A DNA stretch of 64,000 nucleotides, taken from the NCBI GenBank assembly GCA_037447605.1, contig CM074812.1, forward strand, positions 2,852,001-2,916,000. The letters are read 5' to 3'. Shown here piece by piece: positions 1-11,686 of this stretch (position 1 is its first letter; every line of letters begins with the position of its first letter). The translations under genes and the position numbers were made by a program. The DNA comes from Zygnema circumcarinatum SAG 698-1b (Eukaryota; Plantae; Zygnematophyceae). The notes beneath the pieces were generated by a model. The model worked only from the letters and a program-made list of their open reading frames with translations, was not told where the DNA came from and did no database searches.

Positions 1-432
1 GCCTTCCAAGATAGACGCCGACGCTGGTCTCGCTATTGCCTCACGCCACCGGCTAATTCGACACGCAGCCCGTATAATTCTCAATCAAGCAAGGCCGGCT
101 AATCTCGCTGGACGCTTACTTCGCGCTTCTCAAGTCCAAATCAGCCTAATCCAAAAGGTCGACGCCACACGCCACCTCTGGGCTCATACATAGCCAAGGC
201 TGGCCGTGCCACACATCTTCGACTGGCCTCAAGGCCCCGCTGGCCCCGCTTATCGCCACTTTCGATTGCCTGCTGGCCGCTACTCGACTACTGGCCACGC
301 TTCTCCACCGACTAAAGTCCGTGACCGCCATACCGGGTTCAGCACATCGCCGCTGCGCCACACACAACACACGCACACAAAACTAATGTCCCAACAACAA
401 CTTGTCTAGTGACTAACTACTATACACTAACA
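1..432 (-). mobile_element. Partial Ty1/copia-type LTR (truncated by window edge)
   Basis: Ends ...ACACAAAACTAATGTCCCAACAAC...TATACACTAACA at 432, closely resembling the ends of the copia LTRs at 8704 and 15291 (...ACACAAAACTAATGTTCCAACAAAAC...ATACACTAACA). Reads TGTTAGTGTAT... on the minus strand. Confidence 0.7.
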
Positions 433-1234
433 AAAACCCCGCGGCGTCTGCATAGCGGCCAGCCACCTTCGGTTATTATTTCGCCTTTGGCGGCGCCTTT
501 GTAGCGCCAGGTCGACGCTGTCGCATCGCAGCGTGTGGCGGTCGCGCATAGCGGCGTGGCGGTGTCACTGCAGCAGCGTGTGGCGAATTTTGCACCGATC
601 CGATCAGCCTCTGTCGATTAATGATGGCGTCGGCCATCCCTCGCTGCCCGAACACGTAGTCGTGACGCCAGCGGAGCAGCCCAGCTGCAGCGCTGGCGAT
701 GCCCGTTCCGGGCATTGTCAGCCGGCCAGTCACCGATGTAAGCTGGCCTTCACGACTACACGGGGCGCACAGCGCGCAGCGGAGATCTCCGTGCGGTTCG
801 TCAGGTACGCTGTCGATCCGGTCCAAAGGCGGTGTTCAGAGGACACCGGCATCTTTGGGACGTAGCGTCACCGGACCTTGCGCTTGCAGCGCCTCGGCGG
901 CACTTGCAGCCGGTCGGCGTGTATGCATATCACCCGCGTCATTATCTTGTAGCGTGCGTATATCTTGACCCGGCAGCGAACTTCAGCCTTGACGGCTTTG
1001 GGCGGCCGGCTAATATTCAATGGCGATCGCCAGACAGCGTACTATACTTAGCGAGCGTCGCCCGATGGTGGGCCTGCCGGTCCTCATCTTTGGTAGGGGT
1101 TAGGCCGAGTGATATTATAGGGGCCGAGAGTCTGCTTGGCATTCAACCCGGAAACCGGCTTTTCTCTCTCTCTCTCTCTACCCCTCACGCCTCCTTGCTG
1201 ACCCGCCAGACCGGTACCTGGACTCCCATTACAT

Positions 1235-1247
1235 TGGTATCAGAGCC
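1235..1247 (+). promoter_or_regulatory. Primer binding site (tRNA-iMet) of gypsy A
   Basis: TGGTATCAGAGCC one base after the LTR-terminal ACA. Confidence 0.9.
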
Positions 1248-1283
1248 ATTTTTCTTGATCTGCGGCTGCTCACCGCTTCCACC

Positions 1284-2887
1284 ATGGTCACCACGCGCGC
1301 ACGGGGAGCTGGGGAACCGGCACCGTCGGAAACACCGCCGTTCCCCCTTCCTCCTCCACCTCCCCGGTGCCGTGACCTTCACGGTAGGCGGGGCCTCGAG
1401 AGGCATGGCACTTCCTGCGGCCGAGACTCCGGTCCTGTGACCTCGGCAGCGCGAGTCCCGCCCGGCCGAGCCAAGATCATTTGGGAGGGCCACCCAGAAA
1501 TCCTCCTGTGCGCGAGGACTTTAGCCGCCCGTTGACAGCAGCGGATCGACTCCGTGGCGAAGAAGCGAACGACCTTCGTCGCGTTGGCGCTCCGCGATGG
1601 CCGGGCCGACGCTGTGGAGCGGCGGATGCGCCTCCTTGGAGCTCCTCTAGCGGTCCACCGGCGCCGGGGAGGACCGAGAGGCGACTTGTAGGGACCTCGC
1701 GGAGGGAGTCGGGCAGGACATCGAGGAGGCAAAGTCAGCCTCGCGCAGTGAGCACGGTCACTCCTCAGAGTCCCAGGGTGCCACCTCTGTGAACTCGTTG
1801 CCGGTGGTACCTCCCCCTCCCCTCCCGGCCGGCCCACCTCCGGGTACCGGACGGCGACCCACCTGCCCCACGGGCAGGGGCTCCTGCGATATCTGATGGG
1901 GTAATCCTCCCCGTTGTGGGGGATACCCGCGATCTCCCACACGCGGGTGGGGCCAGGCCGGTGGCCTGACCGCGAGGCGTGCTTTCCATATTTGGGGTTT
2001 CTTAACCCAGCGCCAAAGGTCCCACCATTTCATTGTGGGGTGAGCGACCAGCTACCGACTGCCCGTTTGAGCAGTGGGTCCGCCAGACCGAGGGTTACCT
2101 TTACGCGACCCGCTGTCCACCGGAGGAGTGGGTGAACTACGCGTACCCCTCTCTCCGTGGACAGGCTTTCCGCGTATTCACCAACCTCCGAGCCAGTATC
2201 AATGGCAGTTGGGCGCGGTTTGAGACCGAGATGAACAAGCACTTTGGCGTGCTCGACCCCAGCTTGGAGGGTCGCCGGAAGTATGCCACTTTGGTGCAGA
2301 CCGGCAGCGTGCTTCAGTTCCTCCGCGACTGCCGAGACATGGTGTCCACGATTACTCGTGACACCCCTTCCGAGATTGAACAGTTCTACAGGTTCTCCAT
2401 GGGGTTGAAACCTCACATTGCTAACCAACTGTTGCTCAATCCCGCTACTTCTAAGCCCTGGGTGGCTGCGGACGCAGATTTGTTTTATGCGGCCGCTGTG
2501 AACGCGGACGCGCGGGCCGTAGCGGCAGACCCTTGGCGTGGGACTTGGTCCCCTGTACCTTCTGACTCCAACTCGCCTCGGCGGGAGACCCCACCCTTTC
2601 GTGCCCTGAGTGGGGGCGGGAGGGGGCCAAAGCGTCCTGGGGATGCACCAGCTCAGCCCTTGGCGGCCGAAAGTTCCCAGTTGACGTCCAAGAAGCGGAC
2701 GGAGAGGAGGAAAACCAAGAAGGAGGGGCCGATGTTCACCAGATTCTTGAAGCCGGTAGGACATCTGGCTCGTAGTATCACTAGGGCCCGGCTTAAGCTC
2801 GGCCCGGAAAGCGGACCTCCTGCTGATCTAGAGGTTATTTGCGGTGGTAGTGAGTGGGGGGAGATTGGTTGTTGGGTGCCGGCGTGA
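1284..2887 (+). pseudogene. gag: gag of gypsy A, frameshifted
   Basis: Starts MVTTRARG, as gag of B and C starts MVTTRRAG. Capsid-like segment WVRQTEGYLYATRCPPEEWVNYAYPSLRGQA in ORF 2033-2887. Degraded CCHC knuckle (KPVGHLAR) near 2750-2770. Confidence 0.75.
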
Positions 2888-2926
2888 GGTTTTGTTGTAC
2901 CCTTTTCCAGTGATTTAGTAAATATT

Positions 2927-5900
2927 ATGGGCCGGCAGCCCCTTGAGTCAGATATTTTTGTTTTGCATTGCCCGGGATATCTGAATGACTCGTTGTTCTC
3001 CCTCTCCACCCGAATGACCTCTCTTGAGTTTTCTGTTGCGCAATGGAATGAACCTGCTGAAATCTGGATTCTGAACCCTACCGGAACTCCCGATCTGTTT
3101 GAGAGTGTCCTTGATGCCTTTCGGCGGGGACGCACTACAATGTTGGTGTCGGCTGTGCACATCTTACTTCCGCAGCACGTCCCCATCACTTGTTTCGGCC
3201 ACGCCCATTGGAGGGTGGTCCGGCTTTGGCGTAAGGGTCACCCGTTGGTGTGCTGGGACGCCTCCGGCCACGGCGCTTCTTGCACGTTTCCGTTCCCGCT
3301 CATTTGGCGCACGGCGCGTCCTGATGCGTTGGTTGTCCTCAGGTCCATGTTTCAGCGATCCCACCGTGCCATGACCTTTTCTGGGGTTGTGGAAGGTCGA
3401 CCTGTCATCGCCTTGTTCGATTCCGGCGCTGACGACAATTTCCTGAACTCTTCGTTTGTTAAGATGACCTCCCTTGTCCTTGCAGACCGCTCCGATACAG
3501 TCACGTTTGGCGATGGTCGTAAAGGGCAGNNNNNNNNNNGGCGCACTTGTGCTCCGCCATGCAGGTGGCGAAAGCCGTGAAGACGGGTTGTGTACTTTTC
3601 TATGTGCACCTCGTCGATGAGATCGAGTCTGTCTATGACGGCGACCAGGAATGGTTACCTACTGCCTCAGAGTCGTTACCACCCGTGCCACTGGCGATCC
3701 AATCTTTGCTTACCGAATTTCAGGACATTTTCCCAGAGGACCTCCCCTCAGGGCTGCCGCCTGCGCGTGGCGTGGGGCATACTATTCCCCTTGAGCCTGA
3801 GCAGAAACCACCTTGGCGGCCAATCTATCGATTGGGCCCAAAGGAGACCGAGGAAATGCGGAAGCAGCTGGCTAATCTGCGCTCCAAAGGCTGGATTGAG
3901 CCCAGTCAGAGCCCTTTTGGGGCCCCCATCCTGTTTGTGGGAAAGAAAGACGGTTCCTTGCGAATGTGCATTGACTATCGGGCCCTTAATAAAAGTCCGC
4001 GATCAAAATCGTTATACTTTACTTCGAATAGATGATTTGTTGGACCGGTTGCATGGGGCGCGCATTTTCACGTCGCTTGATCTGGCCCAGGGCTACCACC
4101 AGATCCGGGTCACGGATGCTGACGTACCAAAGACTGCGTTTCGTACGCCTATTGGTCATTTCCAATACAAGGTCCTGCCTTTTGGGTTGACAAATGCACC
4201 GGCCACCTTTCAGTCTGTGATGAACGAGATGTTCACCGACATGGACGATTACGTCTTGGTCTACCTCGATGACATTCTGGTTTTCAGCAAAACAGAACAG
4301 GACCACTTGACCCACGTTCGCAATGTGTTGTCGGTCTTACGCCAGCACACATTTTATGCAAAACGCAAGAAATGTCAATTTATGCAGCGCGAGCTACTCT
4401 ACCTTGGACATATCCTTGGAGAGGACCGCCTCAAGCCTGACCCGGGCAAAATTGCGGCGGTTGACACTTGGGCTGTTCCTAAGGATCTGCATCAGTTGCG
4501 TTCCTTCTTGGGCTTTGCGAATTATTTTCGTAAATTCATCCAAGGATTTAGTAAGCTAGTTACTCCACTTACAGATCTAACAAAGTCTGGAGTTCGCTAC
4601 ACCTGGACAGATGCATGTCAGGTGGCGTTTGAGGGGACCAAACACGCCCTCATCACCGCACCTACGTTGGTGTTGGCAGACCCTACCAAACCCTATGAGG
4701 TGGTTTGCGATGCGTCGGGGTTCGCACTTGGCGCTGTCCTGTTTCAGGAGGGCCAACCACTGGCTTATGAAAGCCGAAAAATGAACCCGGCTGAACGAAA
4801 CTACTCGGCAACCGAGCAGGAACTGCTCGCCGTTGTTCACGCCTTGAGGACATGGCGTTGCTATTTGGAGGGGGCGGAAGCCGTCACGCTGGTCACCGAC
4901 CACCGACCCTTGACCTTCCTCTCCTCCCAACAGACACTATCTAGGCGGCAGGCCCGTTGGTCCGAGTTCCTCCAGAGATTTGACTGCCAGTGGATATATC
5001 GGCCAGGAAGGTTGAATGTTGCCGATCCGTTGAGCAGACAGTCCAGTCATCTTGCCTGGATGGTGCACTCGTCGGCCCGAGTGTTGGAGGAACAAAGCGG
5101 TCGAGAAGGTGGGCCGGCCAACTCACCTTCTCCCTTCCCAACGTGTTTAGCCATGGATACCCCAACCAGCGCCACGGTCGACCCCCCTACCCTCTCTGAT
5201 CTTAGACAGATGATTCGGGAGGGTTATGCTGGTGATCCTATGTTCTTGGACGGCCAGGGTAGTGGCTATAAGGACAAAGTGCTGCGCTCCCGTGAGGCGG
5301 GTTTTTGAGTACGCGTGGCGATTGGTCGTTCCCAAGTGTGGGGTACATGCGGCAGCAGCTCATTCTAAGTAGGATGCCACGATCCCTCCCTTCACGGGGC
5401 CACATAGGTGATGCCAAGACCTCGAGGTACTCCGTGGTATTGGTAGTAGGGACTCACGGCGGATGTATCGGCATATGTGCTGCGCTGTCCAGCTTGTCAG
5501 CGTGATAAGCCCGCGTGGCGGAATTCACGGCCCGGCTTGACCACTCCTCCCCTTTTGCGTAAGTGGGAAACATCGGTATGGATCGATCCGCAGATTTACG
5601 AAACCCCGCGGGGTCGCGATGCTATTATGGTGTTTGTCGACCGTCTCAGCAAGATGGTGCACTTTGCACCGACTCGGAAGTCCGCTGGGGCGGAAGAGGT
5701 GGCGCGTCTCTACGTTGACAAGGTGTGGAGCTTGCATGGTTTTCAGTCCACCATTGTTTCTGACAGAGATCCCCGATTTACCGGTCACTTTTGGACTGAA
5801 ATTCTGAAAATCGTGGGCACCAAGCAAGCGCTCAGCACAGCTTTTCATCCGCAAACTGACGGCCAGACGGAGAGGGTCAACCGCATTGTGGAGGATTTCC

Positions 5901-6549
5901 TGCGGCATTACGCGTGGGACCCACGCCGGATGAGTGGGATAACTTGCTCCCACTGGCGGAATACGCCATCAACAATGCTCATCAGGAATCAATCGGTACG
6001 ACCCCCTTCTTTCTGAATTATGGTCAGCATCCTCTAAATCCCCTGCAACCAAGGGATCAGCCCCCGTCCTCGTGGAATGTGGGCATCCACCGGGACGACG
6101 ACCCTTGGGGCTTGAGAGGAGCTGGGGGGGACCACCCGCCCGTCGTTAGGTCTTTTGTTCGACTCATGTCCGAGAGGCGTGCGGCGTGCAAAGCGTGACG
6201 CTAGCTGGCGGCCGCAGTCGACGGAAGATTACATCTTGTCATGAAGCAACGGACTCAACTCGCGTTCGGCTGGGGGCGGGCGTCGGCATTGAAATCGCAG
6301 CAGGCTGAGCTGAAGGCTTCACGGGAACCCGTAAGTTATAGCCACGGTTCATCGGGCCATTCAAGGTCTTGAGCCGCATCGGCGAAGTCGCTTACAAGCT
6401 GGCTTTACCGGCTCACATGAAGATACATCCGGTGTTTCATGTGAGTCTGCTAAAGCGCTACTTGAGTGACGGGAGGATCCAGCCACCTCCACCCCCAGTG
6501 GATATTGAAGGCGACCTCGAGTACGAGGTCGAGTCCATTCAAACCCACC
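2927..6549 (+). pseudogene. pol: pol of gypsy A (extra N-terminal domain, protease, RT, RNase H, integrase, chromodomain start), multiple frameshifts
   Basis: Protease LFDSGADDNF; [29 protein letters not shown]; RH VVCDASGFALGAVL, TDHRPL; IN VFVDRLSKMVHF, HPQTDGQTERVN; GPF/Y and VFHVSLLK; [21 protein letters not shown] (chromodomain start). Confidence 0.92.
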
Positions 6550-6967
6550 NNNNNNNNNNNNNNNNNNNNNNNNNNNNNNNNNNNNNNNNNNNNNNNNNNN
6601 NNNNNNNNNNNNNNNNNNNNNNNNNNNNNNNNNNNNNNNNNNNNNNNNNNNNNNNNNNNNNNNNNNNNNNNNNNNNNNNNNNNNNNNNNNNNNNNNNNNN
6701 NNNNNNNNNNNNNNNNNNNNNNNNNNNNNNNNNNNNNNNNNNNNNNNNNNNNNNNNNNNNNNNNNNNNNNNNNNNNNNCGCAATATCATCTTCCCCTATT
6801 CTTCACGTCCTCCCGACTTCCATTTTCTTACACTCGCCTGTCTAGCTGAAGAGTTGCTGGTGGTGCTTGCTGCCGTTTTGTTCCGAAATCTACCGTAACC
6901 AACACTTATGTCGCAGCAGGAACATGGAGTGTGGTGAAAGGATGAGGAGGGCCCTTTGGATGGCGCC

Positions 6968-8704
6968 TGTTGGAGCAGGGACTCCTCCACTGCTGCCGGC
7001 TTCTCCACTCGCATCACCTTCCATCGGAGTTCGCGTTCCAATCGATGATGACATTTCCCAAACTCTCACATTCACTCATAGCCCATTTTACTCACAGAGT
7101 GAACCTCTCAGAATATGCACAGCGGAATAACAGAGAGAAAAGGATAGGAGAAAGCTCTCGGCTCTAAAACTCCTTAATAATAATCTTATCAACACAAAAT
7201 GAGAGACCCCCTCTCAAATAGCCCAATAAACTCAAAAGCCCACTACCTCGCAGCACAAGCAAGTGTAATGTTCAGCAACACGAGCATCAGCTTCTCAGAG
7301 TCTACAATAGCTACGTTGATAATCAGAAGTTAAAGATTGTTAGTGTAAAGTAGTTAGGGACTTGTTGTACACTAAGTTGTTGGTACTAAGTTCTAAGGAG
7401 GGGTGTGCTCATTATGTCTAGATTGTACGGCGAACCGTCTAAGTGACCGTACAAGTCTTTAAGGGGTGTGCAAATAGCGTGCAGTGTCTGATCTGGCAAG
7501 GCAAGGCATCAGAATGTCGGTGTGGCAAATCAGCGGTACGATTTGTAAGGCCAGGACCTTCGATGTACGGACATTGGTCGGTGGCGCGGCGCGGCGTGGC
7601 GGAGTCAGATGTGACGTGGCGCGACGCGACAAATCGAGAAGTGACAAGGCGCGAATCAGCGCGCGGAGCAGAACTGACGAGGTACGGAGTCAGCAATGAT
7701 TCATTTGGAGGACAGTGGCGAATTGGAAGGCGCCACGTGTCGGGTTAAATTGAAGGCCTGTACGGCCTAGGTCGGTGGCGCTCGTAGGCTTACGGGGTCC
7801 CACATGACGCCAAGTAATGAGGAGTCAGATCCTACGGTGGAGGACTCGGATGGAGATAAGGCTGAGGCGGATCTGACGGCATTGATGTGCTGGATCCGTG
7901 CAAGCTGAGGAGGATCCGACGGCGCGAGATTAGGATCGGGATAAGGGTCTTGCAAGGCGTAGCATGTGCGGCCGTGACGTGACAATGTCACTAATGGCGC
8001 CATATTGTATTTAAGGGTTAGATTGTTTGGTAGAAGTTAACCTTCTCGTGACTCACATTGGGGAGTGAGGCTATCTTGCTTAGGGCCAAGGAGATAGTGG
8101 GAAGAGTTCAGCTTGTAGTGGGTGGTTTATTCACGTAGCTTGAGAAGAGGTGCTTGAAGCTTGGCTCTAGTGTTGTCAAGTTGTATTTCATCTTTATCTT
8201 AAGGAGTTTTAGGCTGGTGGCTTTCTCCTTACATTTTCATATTTCCGCTGAGTTGTTCTCTTGCATTTAGTGTGCTTTGTGTGATTGAGCAATTCATTGA
8301 AGATGTCGAGTTCTACCCAAGGTAGAGGAGAAGTGGCAGCCCCACCAAAGGAGGGCGCAGCAACAACAAAGATTAACAACCAAACAAAACAACACACTAT
8401 ATACTATGTCACAACATCCGTGACACTACCATACAACGAAGCTCACAACATCGGCTAGCGGCCCGCAAGGGCCCTATCCCGATCCTCATCCTGCGCCGTC
8501 GGATCCTCGTCGGCTCACNNNNNNNNNNGATTTGTTGCGTCGCGCCTCGTCACTTCTGACTCCGTCGCGCCGCGCCTCTTCCACCGACCAAATGTCCGTA
8601 CCGCCGCCTACTAACTTAGGCGCGCACCGCCGCCAAGGAAACACACAACACAAACACACAAAACTAATGTTCCAACAAAACATGCTAACTATCATACACT
8701 AACA
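6968..8704 (-). repeat. 3' LTR of the copia element, split by a solo LTR and a 10-N gap (8519-8528)
   Basis: 6968-7337 aligns with 14290-14653, and 8374-8704 aligns with the remainder of the 5' LTR. The PPT abuts position 8704. Confidence 0.9.
7338..8368 (+). mobile_element. Solo LTR (related copia-type family) inserted in the copia 3' LTR
   Basis: TGTTAGTGT...CAACAACA termini. TSD AAGAT at 7333-7337 and 8369-8373. Host LTR sequence resumes after it. No coding capacity. Confidence 0.88.
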
Positions 8705-8723
8705 ATCCCCCTCTTTGGAACTT

Positions 8724-9411
8724 CTAGTTTTGCGCGGGCCCCAGCCCAATCAACCTCCCGTTGACTAATAGTGTTTCCCCACTAACTCCCTTTGTTAGCA
8801 TATCTGCGGCCTGCTCCTTGGTGCCTACGAACTTCACCTCAATCAAGCCCTCCTCGACCAACTCCCGTACATAATGGTACTGCACCCGAATGTGCTTGGT
8901 CCTTTTGTGGAACACAGGGTTTCCCACCAGGGCAATCGACGATTGATTGTCGGTAAACAAGGTAATCGGTCGTTGGTCCCTCTTGCATTCTTCAAAGAAC
9001 TGCATGAACCACACTCCTTCCTTCGAGAAGCATGACAAGCGACCATGTATAGCCCTCAGGCTAACGATAGCATACGAGATGCGCAGCTTGGAACTCCAGG
9101 AAGCAAAATCCTCCTCCATTGGAGTAGCGAGGCGAAATTCGGCGTGAAGCGTATGCGACATCTCCCCTCCCCAATTTGAATGCAGTATAGCCAATCACTC
9201 TGGTTGGCCCCCTCTCATACCTGATTCCATAATCGAGCGTCCCCTTCACATATCTGAAAATCCTCTTCACTGCCTCCCAATGCTCGAGGCCCGGATTCTC
9301 CATGAATCGGCTGGCCGAGCTCACCGCTTTCGCCAAGTCCGGACGCGTTCCGATCATCAAGTACATTAGACTCCCAATCGCGGATCTGTATGGCACTCCG
9401 AACATCTTTTG
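8724..9411 (-). pseudogene. pol: copia pol, C-terminal RT and RNase H
   Basis: PYRSAIGSLMYLMIGTRPDLAKAVS (RT); FTDNQSSIALVGNPVFHKRTKHI and EQAADMLTK (copia RH). Truncated upstream by the gypsy B insertion at 9411/9412. Confidence 0.92.
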
Positions 9412-10178
9412 TGTAGCGAAACGCTACAGTCACCCCAAGGGGGAAGGGTTACTTAGAGCCCAGCGTGGCTTTATGTTTCCATCCAATGTAGTACCTAACG
9501 GTTAGGGCATCGGATACCCTATAGGACGACGGAGGTCCTAGGTTCGAACCATAAGAACTGGTTCACCCGTGGGGCCCGCCGCAGTGACCTCTCTGGGCCC
9601 CGCGTCAGCGGCCAAGGTCCTGTATCTCAGCCGTGGGGAGATCACGGACTGGCCGGCACACGGTCGGGTGGCGTGGACCTGGGGCGCGGCCCCAATCCCC
9701 CTTTGGAGTTCGATTCGGTGCGTAGACAACCGTGCCGGGTCTGCGGTGCGGACAAGGGCATGACGTCGGGACCCCGCGCACGCAGCGTGAGCTGCGACCG
9801 TGCACCGCGTGCGCGGCGCCGCCGCATGGCGCGCGCGCCGGGATGCGGGCAAGTCTTCGTGCGTGTATGTCATTAGTCCATTCAGCTGGAGAAGAATGAT
9901 CATGCGTGGGCAGCATTGCTTCCAATCCTCCAGTGCTGGTGGGGCCAACGGGGAAGCGTAAAGGGCGTGGGTGACTGCGTCACCAACCAACGTGCGGCGT
10001 CGTTGCACCCACCCAGGCTGCGCGGCTCTGTGAAGCTTCCCTTACCCTGCTGCTCTCTCGCTGAATTCGGAATGCTGGTCTCTGACCCCAGCGGGCTGGA
10101 GAGCGCAACTTTCAAGTTGGGGTTTCTCTGATGAGAGCCACGTTGCGGCCTTCTCCTTTTGGGAGAACCTAGTGGGTC

Positions 10179-11670
10179 ATGGTGACCACTCGCCGGGCCG
10201 GAGGGGACCCGGGGCCCTCGGGGCCGCCACCTCCACCACCTTTCCCCCGGGACGAGGTGATGGAGGAGAACTCGGAGACTGCGGCCACTCCCATGGAGGG
10301 GCCCAGTCCCGAGCCCACGGATGACCAAGGTCATCCGGCGACTGCTGCCCTCCCTCCCGCTCCACCGGAGCCGCTGGCTCCGGCAGAATCCACCGATCCC
10401 ATGATCGGGGCCCACATCACGGTGGGCGCGTCCCTGAAGATGAAGAAGAGGATCGACGAACTGGGAGCGGATGTAAGGCAGCAGCGCGTCGCCACCATGG
10501 CCTGTACGAGGCAGGTGGACGACATGGAGCTCACGGTCCGCCGCCTGGTGGACACGCTCCAAATGGAGTTCCGAGGGCCCGGGCAGGCTCGGAGGGTGGA
10601 GGAAGGTGCTGCAGGGACCCCCCCTGGCATGGGGCGTGGACGTCAGCGGGTCATCGGGAAGGGGGTTAGGCAGACCACTGCGGTGCGTCGCATGTCCGGC
10701 GCCCCGGTCGGCTGGGAGGGGCAGGAGCTGGGCCCACTCCCACGGGGGGGGTCACCCCACGGGGGTGGCGACCACCCAGGTGGGGGACCCCCGTCGAGGG
10801 CGGGCCAGGGCCACCTGGGGCGGAGGAGTCCGGTCCTGGGCTGTTCCCCCGCATCCTCATCTCAAGGATGCCGACGGACTCGGCCAAGGATCCCGCTTCC
10901 TTTGAGGCGAACATCCTGCACGGGCTGCCATTGGCAGTCGTTAGGGGTGGACGAGGGTTTCTTCTTTGCCGAAGCCGGCTGTCCCTTCCAGTGTTGGGTA
11001 GCTGCTTCCCCAGCACTCAAGGAGCCGGCGTCCGTGTTGTCTGAGGGCCTCTCTGTGATGAGGTGAGACGATGGGATGGCTCAGAGTGAACTTCTCAAAC
11101 ACTTTGGGGCCTTGAATCCCGCTTGGAGGTTCCCGGATGGCTTCAGGACATGACCAAAGCCAAGGCGTCAAGCGCTTCTGCAAACCTCCGACAATGATGC
11201 TCAAATCACCACTCACAAGCTGGACAGGCTGAGTTATTTTTCACTTTCAGGGAATGGCTTGAAGCCACACAGCCAAGAAGGCGCTGCAGAACACGCACGA
11301 GAATCTAAAGGATGACAGGATCACAATAGCTTCTGGAGTTGTGCTTTAGATGCAGCCATTCGTTGGACACCGCCTGCCACGATAGGGGCCTTTCGACCCA
11401 GCAGAGCGCGACGGCGTGCAGGTCGTGGAAGCAGCGGGACCCCAGTTTGCTGGCTGGAGGAGGGGAGGACAAGCGGAACGGCCGGAAGTGGCTGCCCGCC
11501 CACCCACTGCACGGCCGCAGAAGTTGACTCCAGAGGAAATGGAGAAGATGCAGCGGGAGAACAAGTGTTTCCGCTGCCGCAAGGAGGGGCACAAGGCCCG
11601 GGATTGCCCTCTGAACACCAAGGACAAGAAGGGCAAGGGGCCGGAAAACCCCAACCCACCAGCAGCTTAG
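10179..11670 (+). pseudogene. gag: gag of gypsy B (frameshifted in assembly)
   Basis: MVTTRRAGGDPGPSGPPPPP start; CCHC zinc knuckle CFRCRKEGHKARDC; TAG at 11668-11670. Confidence 0.85.
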
Positions 11671-11686
11671 GGGTCGTTGCTGGTGG
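11643..11686 (+). promoter_or_regulatory. Predicted -1 ribosomal frameshift signal (gag/pol) of gypsy B
   Basis: G_GAA_AAC in gag phase (11643-11649), 6-nt spacer, then an 11-bp stem CCACCAGCAGC/GTTGCTGGTGG (11656-11686). The pol ORF is in the -1 frame. Confidence 0.75.

Larger units (their letters stand above)
500..6549 (+). mobile_element. Ty3/gypsy chromovirus-type LTR retrotransposon A (3' end lost in gap 6550-6778)
   Basis: 5' LTR ends ...CCCATTACA at 1233, followed by PBS TGGTATCAGAGCC, then gag, PR, RT, RH, IN in gypsy order and a chromodomain start. The LTR start at 500 (TGTAGCG, as in elements B and C) is inferred and cannot be confirmed without the 3' LTR. Confidence 0.9.

Noticed and set aside
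476-1440. ORFs within 476-1440 as host genes
   Set aside because: They fall in the gypsy A LTR and leader and have no recognisable domains.
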